In this document: in pieces, positions 1-12,945 of the stretch
Layout: each line of letters starts with the position of its first letter
Position numbering within the stretch: position 1 is the first letter of the stretch
DNA from: Octopus vulgaris
Lineage: Eukaryota
Length of the DNA: 64,000 bases
NCBI GenBank assembly: GCA_951406725.2
Contig: OX597822.1
Coordinates: 116,064,001-116,128,000 of the forward strand
Reading direction: 5' to 3'
The notes under the pieces: generated by a model
Databases searched by the model: none
What the model saw: only the letters and a program-made list of their open reading frames with translations
What the model was told of the DNA's origin: nothing
Made by a program: the position numbers and the translations under genes

Positions 1-143
1 TATTAATCATGCATTGTTTTGTAGCTTTGAGATTTTGATGATAGTTTACTTTTAAAATGGTATCGTAGGATAGGTGTAAGAGACCAGATCTAGCCTGTTT
101 AAAACAGGCAAAGTATTTGAGCCAGAGTATTTGCTAAATGGTT
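1..143 (-). mobile_element. Partial copy of piggyBac-type MITE family 1 (truncated by window edge)
   Basis: Reverse complement matches the interior of the MITEs at 1401 and 1974 (cctatcctac, ctcaaagctacaa); ends in TGCTAAATGGTT like their terminus. Confidence 0.7.
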
Positions 144-762
144 CATACTTTTTAATTGCCAGCCACTTCAACATTTTGTCACAGACTGAACTCATAAGCG
201 CTACCTCATATAAAGAACATAGTTTGATTCTTTATGATCTATGTCTACAAATATTTTAAGATAGCTTCTTCAATTTCGAGAAATTCCTTGATGCTAACCA
301 CTTACTTTACATCTGCAGTTCCTGTTCAAATATTGTAAATAAAATTTACACATTTTTTTTTCTTTAAGTATTTCTCTCAAATAACATTCACCAACAAATT
401 TCATCTTTGAATTCCTGATGCATTTCCAGATATTGATACCATTTCATTCACAACTTAAAATTAACGACCCATGCACAATATAATCTATAACCAATCACAA
501 CAAATACTGGACTGACTGAACATGAAAACAACTTTCCTACACTTTGTGCTCTGCTTTCAACTGAAATTAGTAATTTTGATTCTGTTCTCAGCTTACTAAC
601 TAACCAAAACGGCTTTAAACATAAAACAATGACAAATTAATTATTTCTCCAGATTCCAGGTTTATATACCATTTCAAGATCCCTGGATTTTCCAAGAATG
701 GTTTGGTTTCATGTCTGCTTTATTACTCACTGTTATCAACGTTCTGTCTGTCTGCTTATTTA

Positions 763-765
<3 letters not shown>

Positions 766-805
<40 letters not shown>

Positions 806-839
806 CAGACAGGAATAAAAATCGCTCTGTGTATGTATA

Positions 840-898
<59 letters not shown>

Positions 899-920
899 TT
901 TGTGTGTGTGTGTGTGTGTA
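766..920. repeat. Compound (TA)n/(TG)n microsatellite
   Basis: Directly visible; source of spurious YIYI/CVCV ORFs at 674-993. Confidence 0.95.
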
Positions 921-1400
921 CATATATGAAATTCTAACTCTTCCACTCAACGAATTAACAGACTCATTTGATGACATTGCTTACATAATCTAAACCCATA
1001 ACAGGAAGAGTGACATCCCATCTCCAACCATAAACACACAAACTAGAATCCTGGCTTCAGAAGAATAGATTAAAAGATATCCAACTTCATGCAGACATTA
1101 AAAACACAACAGAATTCAGATTAATATTCTAAAGTCATTGTTTCTTTCACTCGTCTCTATCCACAAAAACAGCAATAAAATGCAGTTTTCATCCAGAGCC
1201 AAACCGCTCTGGGTTGCCTTCCATAACAAATCTCTACACCTCAACCATGTAATAAACCATTAATAACCACCGTCAACTGTATTGCTTACGTGCTAACCAT
1301 ATCCATGCGGTTTTTCTCAAGTGAATGAAGAAACCTCTACATGGTTGCTTGCTTTGCAAGAAATTACAGCTAAGTTTCCCTCAACTCACACCATATTATC

Positions 1401-1633
1401 TTAACCCTTTAGCAGTCAAACCAACCGTATCCATCCCCAAATATTCTCGCTGTGTTATGGTCAAACTAGCTGCCTCTAGACTTAGCCTCATACTTAGCCT
1501 TTGATGTCATTCTGAAAATAAACAGCCACATCACTGAAACTGCAAATCGACAAGATAAGGCATGATTAATTCAAAACAATGAGATTAGCTAAACATTACA
1601 TTTGACAGAGTAATCCGAATGCGAAAGTGTTAA
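1401..1633 (+). mobile_element. piggyBac-type MITE family 1 (~225 bp)
   Basis: TTAA(1401-1404)-CCCTTTAGCA...TGCGAAAGTG-TTAA(1630-1633): TTAA target duplication, CCC-starting short TIRs, no ORF; homologous to 1974-2193. Confidence 0.8.
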
Positions 1634-1973
1634 AAGAAAGAAGACCACATGAAAAAATGTAGACCTACAGACATTTGACAGAGAAAATGTTAGAATTGAA
1701 CGACAACTTTAATGTCACTGTGTAAGGGATGCAGTTGTGTAGTGTGTGATCACAACTGTGCATTCTCTTGTAGTATTTGATAATATGCCATGATATTGAA
1801 CAGGCAGCTATATCTGGGCCCTTGGAATATTGATTGCTCTGGAAATGGAGAAGTTGTTGATTAGCCTCAGATTAACAGTAATCAAGAAGATACACTATAA
1901 TCAAAAACATTCCAGCCAAGACCATTCCATATTTTGGGTATCTAGGACTACATTTTCTCATGTGTTTATTTAT

Positions 1974-2193
1974 TTAATCCTTTAGCAAAAAATCCAGCCA
2001 TATCTGACCCAAATATTCTGCCTATTTTATGCTCAAACTGGTCATATTTAACCTCTCACACCTATCCTACAATGTCATTCTAAAAATAAACAATCACATC
2101 ATCAAACTCTCAAAGCTACAAGATAATTCATAGTCAATTCAAAACAATGTGAATGGAAAAGCATTACACTTAATGTCAATGCTAAATGGTTAA
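1974..2193 (+). mobile_element. piggyBac-type MITE family 1 (~215 bp)
   Basis: TTAA-TCCTTTAGCA...TGCTAAATGG-TTAA; shares internal motifs (aaatattct, atgtcattct, aattcaaaacaatg) with 1401-1633. Confidence 0.8.
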
Positions 2194-2569
2194 CTTGAAA
2201 AACAAGTCAGATTTAGCAATAGGAATGGCCTCCAGCTGCAAAGTAATTAATACCTCAATAATAATATCTTACCAATATTTACCTAACTCATGTTAGCATG
2301 GAATAACAAACATAAAACCAAATGATATTCGTTCTTTCAATCAACTTGTCTACTTATTCATCACCACCATGCTTAACATTTTCATTCAGCTCATATATAT
2401 ATCTGTGTCTTTTGCCTTGGACCCTCAGCTCAAAATCCTCCACTTATTCAATTACGTAATTCATGCGAACACATTGTTATAGTGTAAATGAAAGAAGTTA
2501 TTTACTTCTTGAGATGTGTAGAACTGCCTCTCAGCCACTATTGTTTCCAGGCCTACTTTGAGGAAAAGC

Positions 2570-2990
2570 AGCAGCACCTGTCAGGGTCCCAACTCTGGGG
2601 TAATTAGCAAGTCAGTTGTGAAGATGGAGCTTGTTAACCTGGTAGAGGTCTAGGGAAAAGAAAACACTCCGATTCCAAACCTTTGCTACCTTTTAGCCCT
2701 ACTCATCCATGGGAGAAACTTCAGGAGTAAGCCCCAGGAAAAAAATTGGAGCCAGCAACCCTGAGGCAGTTTGACCTTGTCTACAATCTCAATGTGGCAA
2801 CTTCTGTGATGATGCTGGTGCCAAATTGCAATGCCCATGTTTTTGAATTCCTCTGTAACATGGAGAGGGGAGACACACTGCATGGGCAACAACTTGTCCT
2901 CAGTACCATACTGCTCAGGCCTGAATCCTATCAAATGCCCTGTACTGAAGAAATAGAACTGGACAACACACCCTAGAGAGGACATTCAGG
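2570..2990 (+). mobile_element. Decayed 5' UTR-like region of an RTE-type LINE
   Basis: Locally GC-richer; motifs (tctagggaaaagaaaacactccgattccaaacct, caggagtaagcccc, ctgaggcagt, ctggtgccaaa) resemble 5' UTRs I recall from aquatic-animal RTEs. No ORF support. Confidence 0.4.
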
Positions 2991-3267
2991 TCTCACCTAC
3001 TGCATCAACACAACATGGAGAGCAACAGTTAATTATTGTAAGTCACTGTTACAACCCAAACAGCGCTGGGAAAGCCCATAAATGTGGCTTGTGTGGCAGA
3101 GACTGCCATTCGCATTTCAGACTGTTCAGTCACAGATAATGCTGTTCCAGTAGGACAAACACCAAGGACCCTCATCCATGGCCATAAATCTCAAACGGCA
3201 GCCGCTCGAGTTGCTTATCTGAATAATCAAAAGGAAGGACTGACACTATCCATCCACAGTATACCAG

Positions 3268-3458
3268 TTTTTTGTTTATTTTGACTGCAACCATGCTGGA
3301 GCACTGCCTTTAGTCGAGCAAATCAACCACAAGACTTAATCTTTGGATGCCTAGTACTTATTCTATCAATCTCTTTTGCCGAACCACGAAGTTACAGGGA
3401 TGTAAACACACCAACATCGGTTGTCAAGCGATGATTGTGAGGACAAACATGGCCACAA

Positions 3459-3497
<39 letters not shown>

Positions 3498-3653
3498 CAA
3501 TGGGCTTCTTTCAGTTTCCATCTACCAAATACACTTACAAGGCTTTGGTCGGCCTGAGGCTATAGTAGAAGATACTTGCCCAAGATGCCATGCAGTGGGA
3601 CTGAACCCGGAACCATGTGGTTGGAAAGCAAGCTTCTTACCACACAGCCACTC
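3268..3653 (-). mobile_element. tRNA-derived SINE, family A (dominant family; head + central microsatellite + tail)
   Basis: Reverse complement has A box tggctgtgtggtaag and B box ggttcagtccc; colinear with the young copy at 55808-56222. Confidence 0.9.
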
Positions 3654-4112
3654 TATTTTTCTTTTTGTCATTTTTTTTTTCAATGATACAGTTCAAAATC
3701 AAACACTACCACAGTATTAGATTTGAGTCAACACAGATATGGATCAGCCACATTTAAAATCACCTTCAAAACAGCTAAATCCATCAACTGCTTCTCAGGG
3801 TTCCAACTTATAAAGCCAACTTATAAATCCCAGTTATTTCCCATGTAGAGAAGTTGTTTTCCAGTCCCGCCTTTCTTGTCGGAACCAAAATCTTCTACAT
3901 ACATAGAAAACAAAAAACATGCTTGAATATTAGGTTGTGGTCATCTTAAACCAGATTAAAACATGGTAGTGTGGATCTATAAATCAATAGCTACATTCGT
4001 AGCACTGATAGTCAAAGACAACACCTACCAATACCAAAAGTTAATTTCATTTTTGCAGCTCTCTGTAATGTTATTATCTTGAAAGTAGAGTTGTCAATAT
4101 TCATGCCAACTG

Positions 4113-4114
<2 letters not shown>

Positions 4115-4208
<94 letters not shown>

Positions 4209-4360
4209 ACAAAATATGATGTAGATAATTATCTATATATCATACACACACACACACATATATATAATGTGTGTGTGTGTATGATATAACAATAATAATA
4301 ATAATAATAATAATGATAATAATAATAATAATATTAAAAATAACAACAATAATAATGATA

Positions 4361-4409
<49 letters not shown>

Positions 4410-4470
4410 TAATAATAATAATAATAATAATAACAACAATAATAATAATAAAAGTAATAATAATATAAAT
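4115..4470. repeat. (TC)n array followed by (CA)/(TG) runs and a long imperfect (AAT)n array
   Basis: Directly visible; explains the poly-ER, poly-I, poly-L and poly-Y ORFs. Confidence 0.95.
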
Positions 4471-4487
4471 GTGTGTGTGTGTGTGTG

Positions 4488-4622
4488 TATGGCTGGTAAA
4501 TAACCATGTGATTGCTTCCCACGCATATGGTTTTGGATTCAGCCTCACCACATTACACCAAGCTTGCTCAAAACCTTATGAGCATATTTGGTAGAAAGAA
4601 ACAGCAAAGAAGCCTTCATCTG
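4488..4622 (+). mobile_element. Decayed SINE family A head
   Basis: ttgcttccca...tggttttggattcag...ccttatgagc...atttggtaga...aaagaagcc aligns to the family A head with a deletion. Confidence 0.6.
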
Positions 4623-4779
4623 TATGCACACACACACACACACACACACACGCGCACATGTGCAAGGAATATTGGAGGACATGTTTGGTAATTTAATAAA
4701 ATCACTCAAATCCAGCAAGAACCAAATATATTTTAATAAAAACATGCGTACATTTTCCACAAGCTTTCTCTTAGATGAT

Positions 4780-5830
4780 TATTATATGAATCAACCTTCA
4801 GCTTCAAAAACTGCTTCAATGCAGGACTAGAATTGCTGATATACCCACACTAAATGGTCCTTATTCCATTTGGACATCACCTGGACAATGGCGGCATTCA
4901 GTGAAGCTATGGTGTTGTGGGCATGTTGGTTAGTCTTGCTTTTAACAATGCTTCATGGGATTTAAACCCGGAAAGTTTTGATGTCACAAGTTTCGTGTCT
5001 GATGGTTGTAGAAATTGTCTGACCTCCATTCAGAGGCTTTGCCAGCTTTGTCCAAAAATGGTGGAGTTGAAACCATTGGGTCTTGCAAATGCTTGCTTTA
5101 TCCATCCATGGCTTAACAACTGATTCCAATACCTCAGCGTATTCTTTTATTCTTTTACTTGTTTCAGTCATTAGACCGTGGCCATGCTGTAGCAATGCCT
5201 TTAAGGGTTTTTTAGTCAAACAAATCAACACCAGGACTTATTCTTTGTAAGCCTAGTACTTAATCTATCAGTCTCTTTTGCTGAACCACTAAGTTACAGC
5301 TACATAAATACACCAGCATCAGTTGTCAAGTAATGGTGGAGGTGGGGGTGGGGGGCAAACACAGACACAAAAAAATACACACATAAATACACACACACAC
5401 ATATGGCAGGCTTCTTTCAGTTTCCATCTATCAAATCCACTCACAAGGCTTTGGTCAGCCCAAGGCTGTAGTAAAAGACACTTGCCCAAAGTGTCCTGCA
5501 GACAGACTGAACCTGGAACCAAGTGGCTGAGAAGCAAGTGTCTAATTACACAGCCACACCTGCGCATGTGTACCTTTAATTCTAAGACCCTGTGGAAAGA
5601 GGTCTTCGAATGACCTACATTACTCACCACTACTAAAACCATCACGGTTGCAGGTAACTTTGTGTGCACCACTCTGGGGCCATAGTAAGGATCTGTACAT
5701 AACCATCTGTTATTTCTCCTGAAAGACATTTGTTCTTGGTCTAAGTCTTTCTTATCAGACAAGAACTAAAGTATGTCATATTTGTGAGGGTTTTTATCCT
5801 TATTACATAACTGCCTGGCACAGATAAAAT
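4780..5830 (-). pseudogene. Decayed maT/DD37D-like (Tc1/mariner superfamily) transposase, split by a SINE
   Basis: Minus-strand peptides SDKKDLDQEQ..RRNNRWLC.DP..VHTKLPATVMVL.VVSN.GH, EYAEVLESVVKPWMD, EW..DNFYNH, FPGLNP and HNTIASLNAAIVQVM..NKDHL..IEAVFEAEG match DD37D-type motifs; many stops and frameshifts; no TIRs found. Confidence 0.75.
5144..5566 (-). mobile_element. SINE family A, full length, nested in the maT-like transposase
   Basis: Head, microsatellite and tail present; transposase homology resumes on both sides. Confidence 0.9.
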
Positions 5831-7928
5831 GGCCTCCTAGTAAGCTTCATGAAATATTTGGTGATTTTGCTCATTTTCCACTAGTTTTATTAGCCAATGA
5901 GAGAACAGTATTTTGGGTGCCAATCTGGCTACTTAATCTGAAACTCCAAAGTACCGCTCTCTTAAATGCTTTTTCAGCCACACCTCAACTGGACAGTAGC
6001 TACCTGCAACTACTCTCTTTCTCTGCAGTTGTTAGTGCCATAGGAAAATGTGTCCTTCATACAAGACTCATTTCACCTAACCTTAAATTACTAACTACAT
6101 TTAAGCTGAGCAAAAAATGTATTTACTGCATCTTATTCTTGGCCTCTTTCCTATATCATGTATGTCACTTTCTTTTTTCTTTATGCCGCTGACATTGACC
6201 GTTCTTATAACATGTGGCACTCAAGGAACTTTAATTCAAAAACATGTGTATCACACTATTCTTACGACATTGAATTTATACATTTGACTTGACAAACATT
6301 AGCCTCTGCAAAAGCAGTTTCTGCAATGCATTTAGGCAGACTTTGCTTTCATTAATGTTGTCATTTAAAACTTGTTATTTTTCTTTGTTTCCATGGCTTC
6401 TCTAATTCAAACATGCACCAAGCTTTGGATGAGCACATGCTGTTAACTGCTTTGAGTTATTAGTACCATGGGGCAGGAAGGGGTCTACATTTTTTGTGGT
6501 ATGTAGAAAATAAAAGCAAACTATTATAATTAATTTATGGTTGTTTTCTCTGCACAGGCATATTTTTTACAGCCTTAAGTTTCAAATTAATAAGTAAAAT
6601 GATCTCACCACACAAAAAAACAAAACAAACAAACATAATTAGAACTAACGAAGAGTACCACGCACCAACTTTTGAGATTAATTGCTTAATTGCTGCTAGT
6701 TATTTAATTGCTACTCGTCCCCAAGAAGATCACTAATGTACTGAAGTAAAGAGCATCACCGTGACAAAGCACTGAATATGATGCATCTGTCTGTCAAGAT
6801 ATAAGCAATGGATTAATTGCATACTTGCCAGGATAGTCCTTAATATCTAAGATACAACAATTACTCGAAAGCAAATTAGCTGCTCACTCATTAGCAAGTT
6901 TCTTTATGCTGCAAGAGATGCTGCTGATTCTATGAAGGAAATCTCTTTTTAACTCTCTTTCTAACTCTGTAACATATGAAAGGACCAACAAGAACTTGCA
7001 CAGCAGACACACTTCAATGCACCCGGACACTTACATAACCAATAAACCAACACAGGACAAAGATTCTACAAACGCCTTCTATGTTACGTAGCTCCATTCA
7101 ACCTTGATCAAATAAACCACCAGCTTGCAGGGCAACCGACAGACCCAAGATTCCAAGTATATTACCTGCCTGCTTGACTCAAGTCCAACAACTGCACTAA
7201 CAGCCAGTGATTTATCAGAGGGGCTGCTGGCAGTTTGGACATGCCCTGTTCTCTTCATTCTCCAGTTTGTTTTTGTTTTTTGTATGCCTGTGGGTTCTGA
7301 TAGTAATCACAATGGAGCTAAGTGATATGGACTCGGAATGCAATAAAGGATGTTCTTTTGCACTTATCTCTAGTCGTATGCATCCTAATAAAGTGTTTGA
7401 AGTTATTTTCTGTCTACATACCAGGAATGAAAGGCAGGGTCTAAAGAGTGTTCCAGAGGTAATGCTGACGTGTCAGGGCATTCAAACTTACAAGGAAGTC
7501 CAGTATTGAGTCAGTATTATTGGTATACATAAAAGAAAAGGAAACGTGTGGATTAGCAGGGATTTAAATAGCTCTGGTCTTGTTGACACCTCTCCTTTAA
7601 TATTATGGACACCTACAATATTGATTCCTTATTGGACTTCCTTGCATAATGATTATATCAACCTGTCATTGATTATTTGAAACAGCTGTAAAGATTAGAC
7701 TTGATTACATCATGTAAATCGTATATGCAGCTTTTCACACATTATTGTTCATCTTTCTACTTCCATAACCACAAAGCCCTAATTGTTCTTCTTGCCAATT
7801 TCCCACCTTTCGGCTACCTACGAAGATGCTGCAGTTTGAGATTCAGGTTCCACTGCACACTACTTGGTGGCTGTCGGTGCCACAGTCACACAAGCATTTT
7901 ATAACCAATTCTTTATATTATATATATA

Positions 7929-8292
7929 TTGCTTCCCAACTACATGGTTTTGGGGGTTCAGTCGCACTGTGTGGCACCTTGGGCAAGTGTCTTCTACTAT
8001 AGCCCCAGGTTGACCAAAGCCTTGTGAGTAGATTTGGTAGAGGGAAACTGAAAGAAGTCATATATATGTATATATATGTATATATATATATAGGAAGTGA
8101 ATGTATCTGTGTGTCTGTGTTTGTTACCCAACACCACTTGACAACTGCTGTTGGTTTGTTTACATTCCCATGATTTAGCAATTCATCAAAAGAGACTGAT
8201 AGAATAAGTTCCAGGCTTCCAAATAAGTAAAGGAGGTGGTTTGTTCTACTAAACCCAGCATGGTCACACTCCAAAGACTGAAACAAGTAAAC
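7929..8292 (+). mobile_element. SINE family A (5' end clipped)
   Basis: ggttcagtcgcactgtgtggcaccttgggcaagtgtc...gactgaaacaagtaaa. Confidence 0.9.
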
Positions 8293-8305
8293 GGTTACAC
8301 ATATA

Positions 8306-9841
8306 TACTAAATCCAAAAAGAAACGTTGTGCACATACTAGATAGAAACCGGTTTATTAACAGACTGCCATAGCACTGATTGAAGAGAGCTAATTAAGAA
8401 ACCGTTCTTTCTCAATGACAAAACATCGTTTCCTGAAACATGTTTGACGTCACATGATGTCACATGACAACAGAGTGTCCTGGATCCAAAGAGATTCATT
8501 CAATATCTCATATGACCACCATTAGCTTTGATTACCACTAGGCATCTTATGTGCGTTGAATACACCAAACAACTGATGAAGGCCAAGGGGACAGCAGCCC
8601 ACACTCTGTTAGAACTTGCAGTGAGTTGTGCTGCAGTTGTCAGCCTTGGATAGATGTCGTTTAGCCTTCTTTGGATTTTGTCCCACAGGTGCTCTATGGG
8701 GTTCAAATCCGGACTTAGGGCAGGACACAGCAGTGTCTGGATGTTGGGCTGTTGGCAGATGTCTGTTGTCAACCTGGCAATATGGGCTTGGGTGTTGTTG
8801 TGTTGGAACACATGACTACAACGACAGGCAAAGTATCGCACAATACGAAGCCGCAACACTTGGCTGGTGTCACAAGCAGCAGTTACTCCATTGCACTGGC
8901 CTTGGCTGATGTTTTGGAAGACCACCAATCTAAGTTTCTGGTTGAGTGCAATCCCGCCCCATACCATGATGCTCTGTCTTCCCCATGAGTCTCTCTCTCC
9001 CACACAGCCATCGGCATGACATTCACCCCTGCTTCTCCAAACCTTAGCTCTGCCATTGCCACAGAAATGCAATATCGACTTTCATCAGAGAAGACCACAG
9101 TCCTCCACTGTTGACATTTCCAGTTCTGACATTTTTGAGCCCACTGCAGGTGTGCCCGTTGATGACAATCTGTGAGTATGGGGCCCCTAGCCAGATGTCG
9201 ACAAAATAGATTGAAAGCCCTCAGCCAGCAGCAAACTGTCTCTGCACAAATAGGCCTGTGGTGACTCCATATGGTCTGCCTAACTGATTCCATTGCCTTC
9301 CAGAATCAGTCCTACAACTGCTGTTGGTGCAGGTGGCAATCTTGATGTGACATTGTAACCCTCGGTCAGCCACTGCATGGATAATTATTCATGCTGTTTA
9401 TGGCATTGTAGCGTTCCCTCAGCCACTCTGATTACTGCAGGTCAAGTCATTAACAATGACCCATGAACGTTGACCAGCATGGAGATGACCGATAGCTTGC
9501 TCCCTCTGATTCCATGTCAGTCTTGGCATGCTTGCTGTGTTTGGGAAAAGAATGACAGGTTGGTAAATTTGGGTGCTTTTTATACCCAATGAGTCACTGT
9601 TTTGACCCTGCATCATGCTTTTCATAAAGAGGCATTCACGAACATTACCATGTTCACAAAAAGGGAGCAAGTTCAAACCTTACATGGAATCCTTGTGCTT
9701 TCAAAAGAGCGTGGTGTTGTGGGTCAGTGATATCTTCCTGATGTCAAACTACCTAGAAATGTGATAAAATCTGTATAATTTCAATATTGTGTGTGAAACA
9801 AATAATCTTTTACAGTGCAACATTTCTTTTGTGGTTCAGGT
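8306..9841 (-). mobile_element. Tc1-family DNA transposon, ~1.53 kb, with decayed transposase (~8500-9530)
   Basis: Short imperfect TIRs (ctaaatccaaaaagaaacgttgtgcac / gtgcaacatttcttttgtggttcag). Frameshifted ORFs give MPRLTWNQREQAIG, VVFSDESRY, VFQHNNTQAH (second catalytic Asp lost) and SPDLNPIEHLW...ANGGHMRY. Confidence 0.9.
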
Positions 9842-9885
9842 GTGTGTGGGTGTGTGTGTGTCCGTGCGTGCACACACACACACAC

Positions 9886-10043
9886 AATGGGATTCTTTCA
9901 GTTTCCATCTCTCAAATCTACTCACAAGGCTTTGGTCAGCCAAAGCTATAGCAGAAGACACTTGCTCCAGGTACCATGCAGTGAGACTGAACCCAGCATC
10001 ATGTGGTTGGGAAGCAAGCTTCTTACCACATAGCCTGGGTGCA
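9886..10043 (-). mobile_element. SINE family A head
   Basis: Matches the family A head on the minus strand. Confidence 0.85.
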
Positions 10044-11746
10044 TTATTTTCCTAAATGCTGAAATTGAGGTCTCATATTATATGCACTATTTGGTCAGTA
10101 GAGCTTCTCATAGTTGCATCGATTTAAAAACCAGTGGAGAATGTAACTAAAACCATTGTTAAATATTATCCAACAGTTTTTGTTTGTTTTGTTTTTGCTT
10201 TATGTTTTTGTTTTGTTTTGTTTTTTTTTGCTTTTTGTTTTTCTCATGGACTGAAATGATAAGATTTTATTTTGACCTTATCGCAACCGTTACAGTCCTC
10301 CACTATCAGAGCAACAGACATGAACGATTGTTTCTTAAGAAACAACCAAGCATCCATCACACAAATAATTCCAAAAATTCTAAAGTTTCACTCCAACATT
10401 ACTAATACAATATTCAAGTGACACTCCAGAAATGCCAACATAATTGATAAGTTCCATTATCCCACCACTGATAGGATTCTACAAAAGAAAAATTCACATT
10501 TTGACTTCAAGAAAGTAAAATACTTCATAAGTGACCGATCAGCTCTTACCGATCATGATTTATATTTAAGGTGTTTTTTTTCTTTTCTTCTTTTTTTTCT
10601 TCTTTTTAATTTTCAATTTATTAATGTGAAAAGAAGCAGATTTATTACAAGACCTCTTCAATATGTCTATAAAATATGATCAATAACTAAACAAAGGAAA
10701 GAATCAATGACTTTGATGGTTTCAGTGAGAACTCAACTCCGTGGAGAACGGCACTTCCTTTATCGAGAACTCTAGAGTCAATATCTCAGTGATAATGAAA
10801 GCATTTCTTTGGAATTGGGCGATGAAGAATGTTAAGAAGATTTAAAGTAAGTGAGGGGAAAGAAACAAGAATGAAATATGGCAAAAGTTGCTGGACAAAA
10901 GAAAGTAGTTGACCAACTGAATCAATAGCTGTATGGAAAAGAACTGTGTTTCAGACACTAACAACAGTACTAAAACTGAAGAATGGACACTGTGACAGGC
11001 TGAGACAGTAATAAAGAGAAGAAGTGGAGAAATTTATTAGTAAGACTTCCAGAGCACTGCTTCGCATCTCACCCACCCCAATCCACCTCACTAGCAAACG
11101 AGGCTTCATGACTATTTACAGTTTATCTTAAATACAAACAGTCATGCTCATTGCAGATGTCTCGAGTCATTGACCAATCAATTGCAGGTGAAAATAAATT
11201 CACTGTAACTAAATAGAAAGATGATGTGGAGTATTATAATGGGTTGCATGAGTCATATGAGCATCCGACCAAATTTTATTGTCACAACAGCTTAGATTTA
11301 CTGGGAAACATAATCAAATCAGGAGATTAAAAGAATTCTTGAAACTAGTAAAGAATGTCAAATATATAGATAAATACGTTTTATTTGTGTAACTAAAGAG
11401 CCGTAGCTTTAAACAGGAACTACAGAAAAAAGCCCCATTAAGTGAAATAAAATAAAAATTGATATCAGTGTGTGAAAATACATGATTGAATTAGTAGGTT
11501 AGTAACTAGGTGAATATGAAGGGGAATGTCTGAATTGATGTGTGCGAGAGAAAGGGATTGTATGTGTATAGTAACGAAATAGAATATGCATAATGATAAC
11601 ATGGAGTGTTTGTATATTCATACATGCATAATATGCATGTCAGCAGTAAATGTGTACATGTGAATGCATTTCAAATGAGCAGCTATTTGTTTATGTATGC
11701 CAAACATGTACATAAGAGACAGATCTGTATGTGCGTGTGTGTATGT

Positions 11747-11782
<36 letters not shown>

Positions 11783-11900
11783 AAGGATGTGAAGTAAAAA
11801 GGCAGTGGAGTGTATGTCTATGTGAACATGTGAATAACTGAGAATGTGTGTCTACATGCGTATATATGTATATTTATTAGAAGCAAATACAAAGGGAAGA

Positions 11901-11945
<45 letters not shown>

Positions 11946-12246
11946 TAAATAAAAGGATAAAAGGGAGAAATGGTAAGATATGAGGAATGAATGATATTTA
12001 AGCATTTCCTTAACAAGGATGTGTCCACATCCATAAAACCAAAAGTAGTGAAGGCCACTTAAGTTTATCTCTGGCGAAATAAGGCTCAGACAGCCACGGC
12101 TCATGCTGGCAAGCTGGCTGTAAATTAAGATGGGTGTGAAGGTCAATGGGTCCATACAGATTCTATTAACAGTCAATTTCTGAAGGTCACTAAGTAGATC
12201 TCAGGGTTAGGGTCACTCTTTCAACAACAGTACAACTATTACTATT

Positions 12247-12284
<38 letters not shown>

Positions 12285-12736
12285 ACACACATGCACACGT
12301 AATGCATGCACACACATGCAGATATATTTAGGAATTACACATACATGGCATGGAATAAATTGGTCTGTTTAACTCCTCACCACAACAACAACAACAACAG
12401 GAACAGTAAGAACTGGAAGTGAGCACAGCAGACGTAACAAGGCGAGTGAAACAGACTGTAACAGCAACAATTGCAAAGACAGAAGCAAGATCGTTAATCC
12501 TGGCTTTGTTTACGCAGCTTTCAACAGAATTACACATTCGTTCTTTTCTTCCGATGCCTTCATGCAATTTCACTACAACAACCAAATCTTTCACATCACT
12601 GATCCCATTAAATACTAATTACAACTAACACAAGATAATAGACATCAACACACTAACGTTCTTCCTCCCCCCAATTTGCAGCTATTATCATCACTGTGGT
12701 TGTCGTTATTGCCATTATCGTTAACATTGTCATATA

Positions 12737-12945
12737 TCATCATCATCATCATCAACATTTACCGTCCATTCTCCATGCTGGCATGGGTTGGAGAGTTTGA
12801 CCAGAGCCCACACCAGACACTCCATTGTGTGTTCTGGCATGGTTTCCATGGTTGGATGCCCTTCCTAATGCCAACCACTCTACAGTGTGTACTAGGTAAA
12901 TTTTTCTGTGGCACCAGCACCAGTGCTTTTAACGTGGCACCATAT
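12737..12945 (-). mobile_element. RTE LINE 3'-end fragment with (CAT)n tail
   Basis: (cat)n...ccatgctggcatgggttgg...ggatgcccttcctaatgccaaccac matches the 3' UTR of the RTE copies. Confidence 0.8.

Noticed and set aside
674-993. ORFs rich in YI/HT/CV/ER/SL dipeptides here and throughout the track
   Set aside because: They are translations of dinucleotide and trinucleotide microsatellites.
3421-3720. Recurrent peptide GFGRPEAIVEDTCPRCHAVGLNPEPCGW seen in many ORFs
   Set aside because: Antisense translation of the SINE family A head; not a gene family.
10726-10846. Plus-strand segment bounded by tttcAG and GTAAGT
   Set aside because: Stops in all three frames and a weak pyrimidine tract; not supportable as an exon without RNA data.
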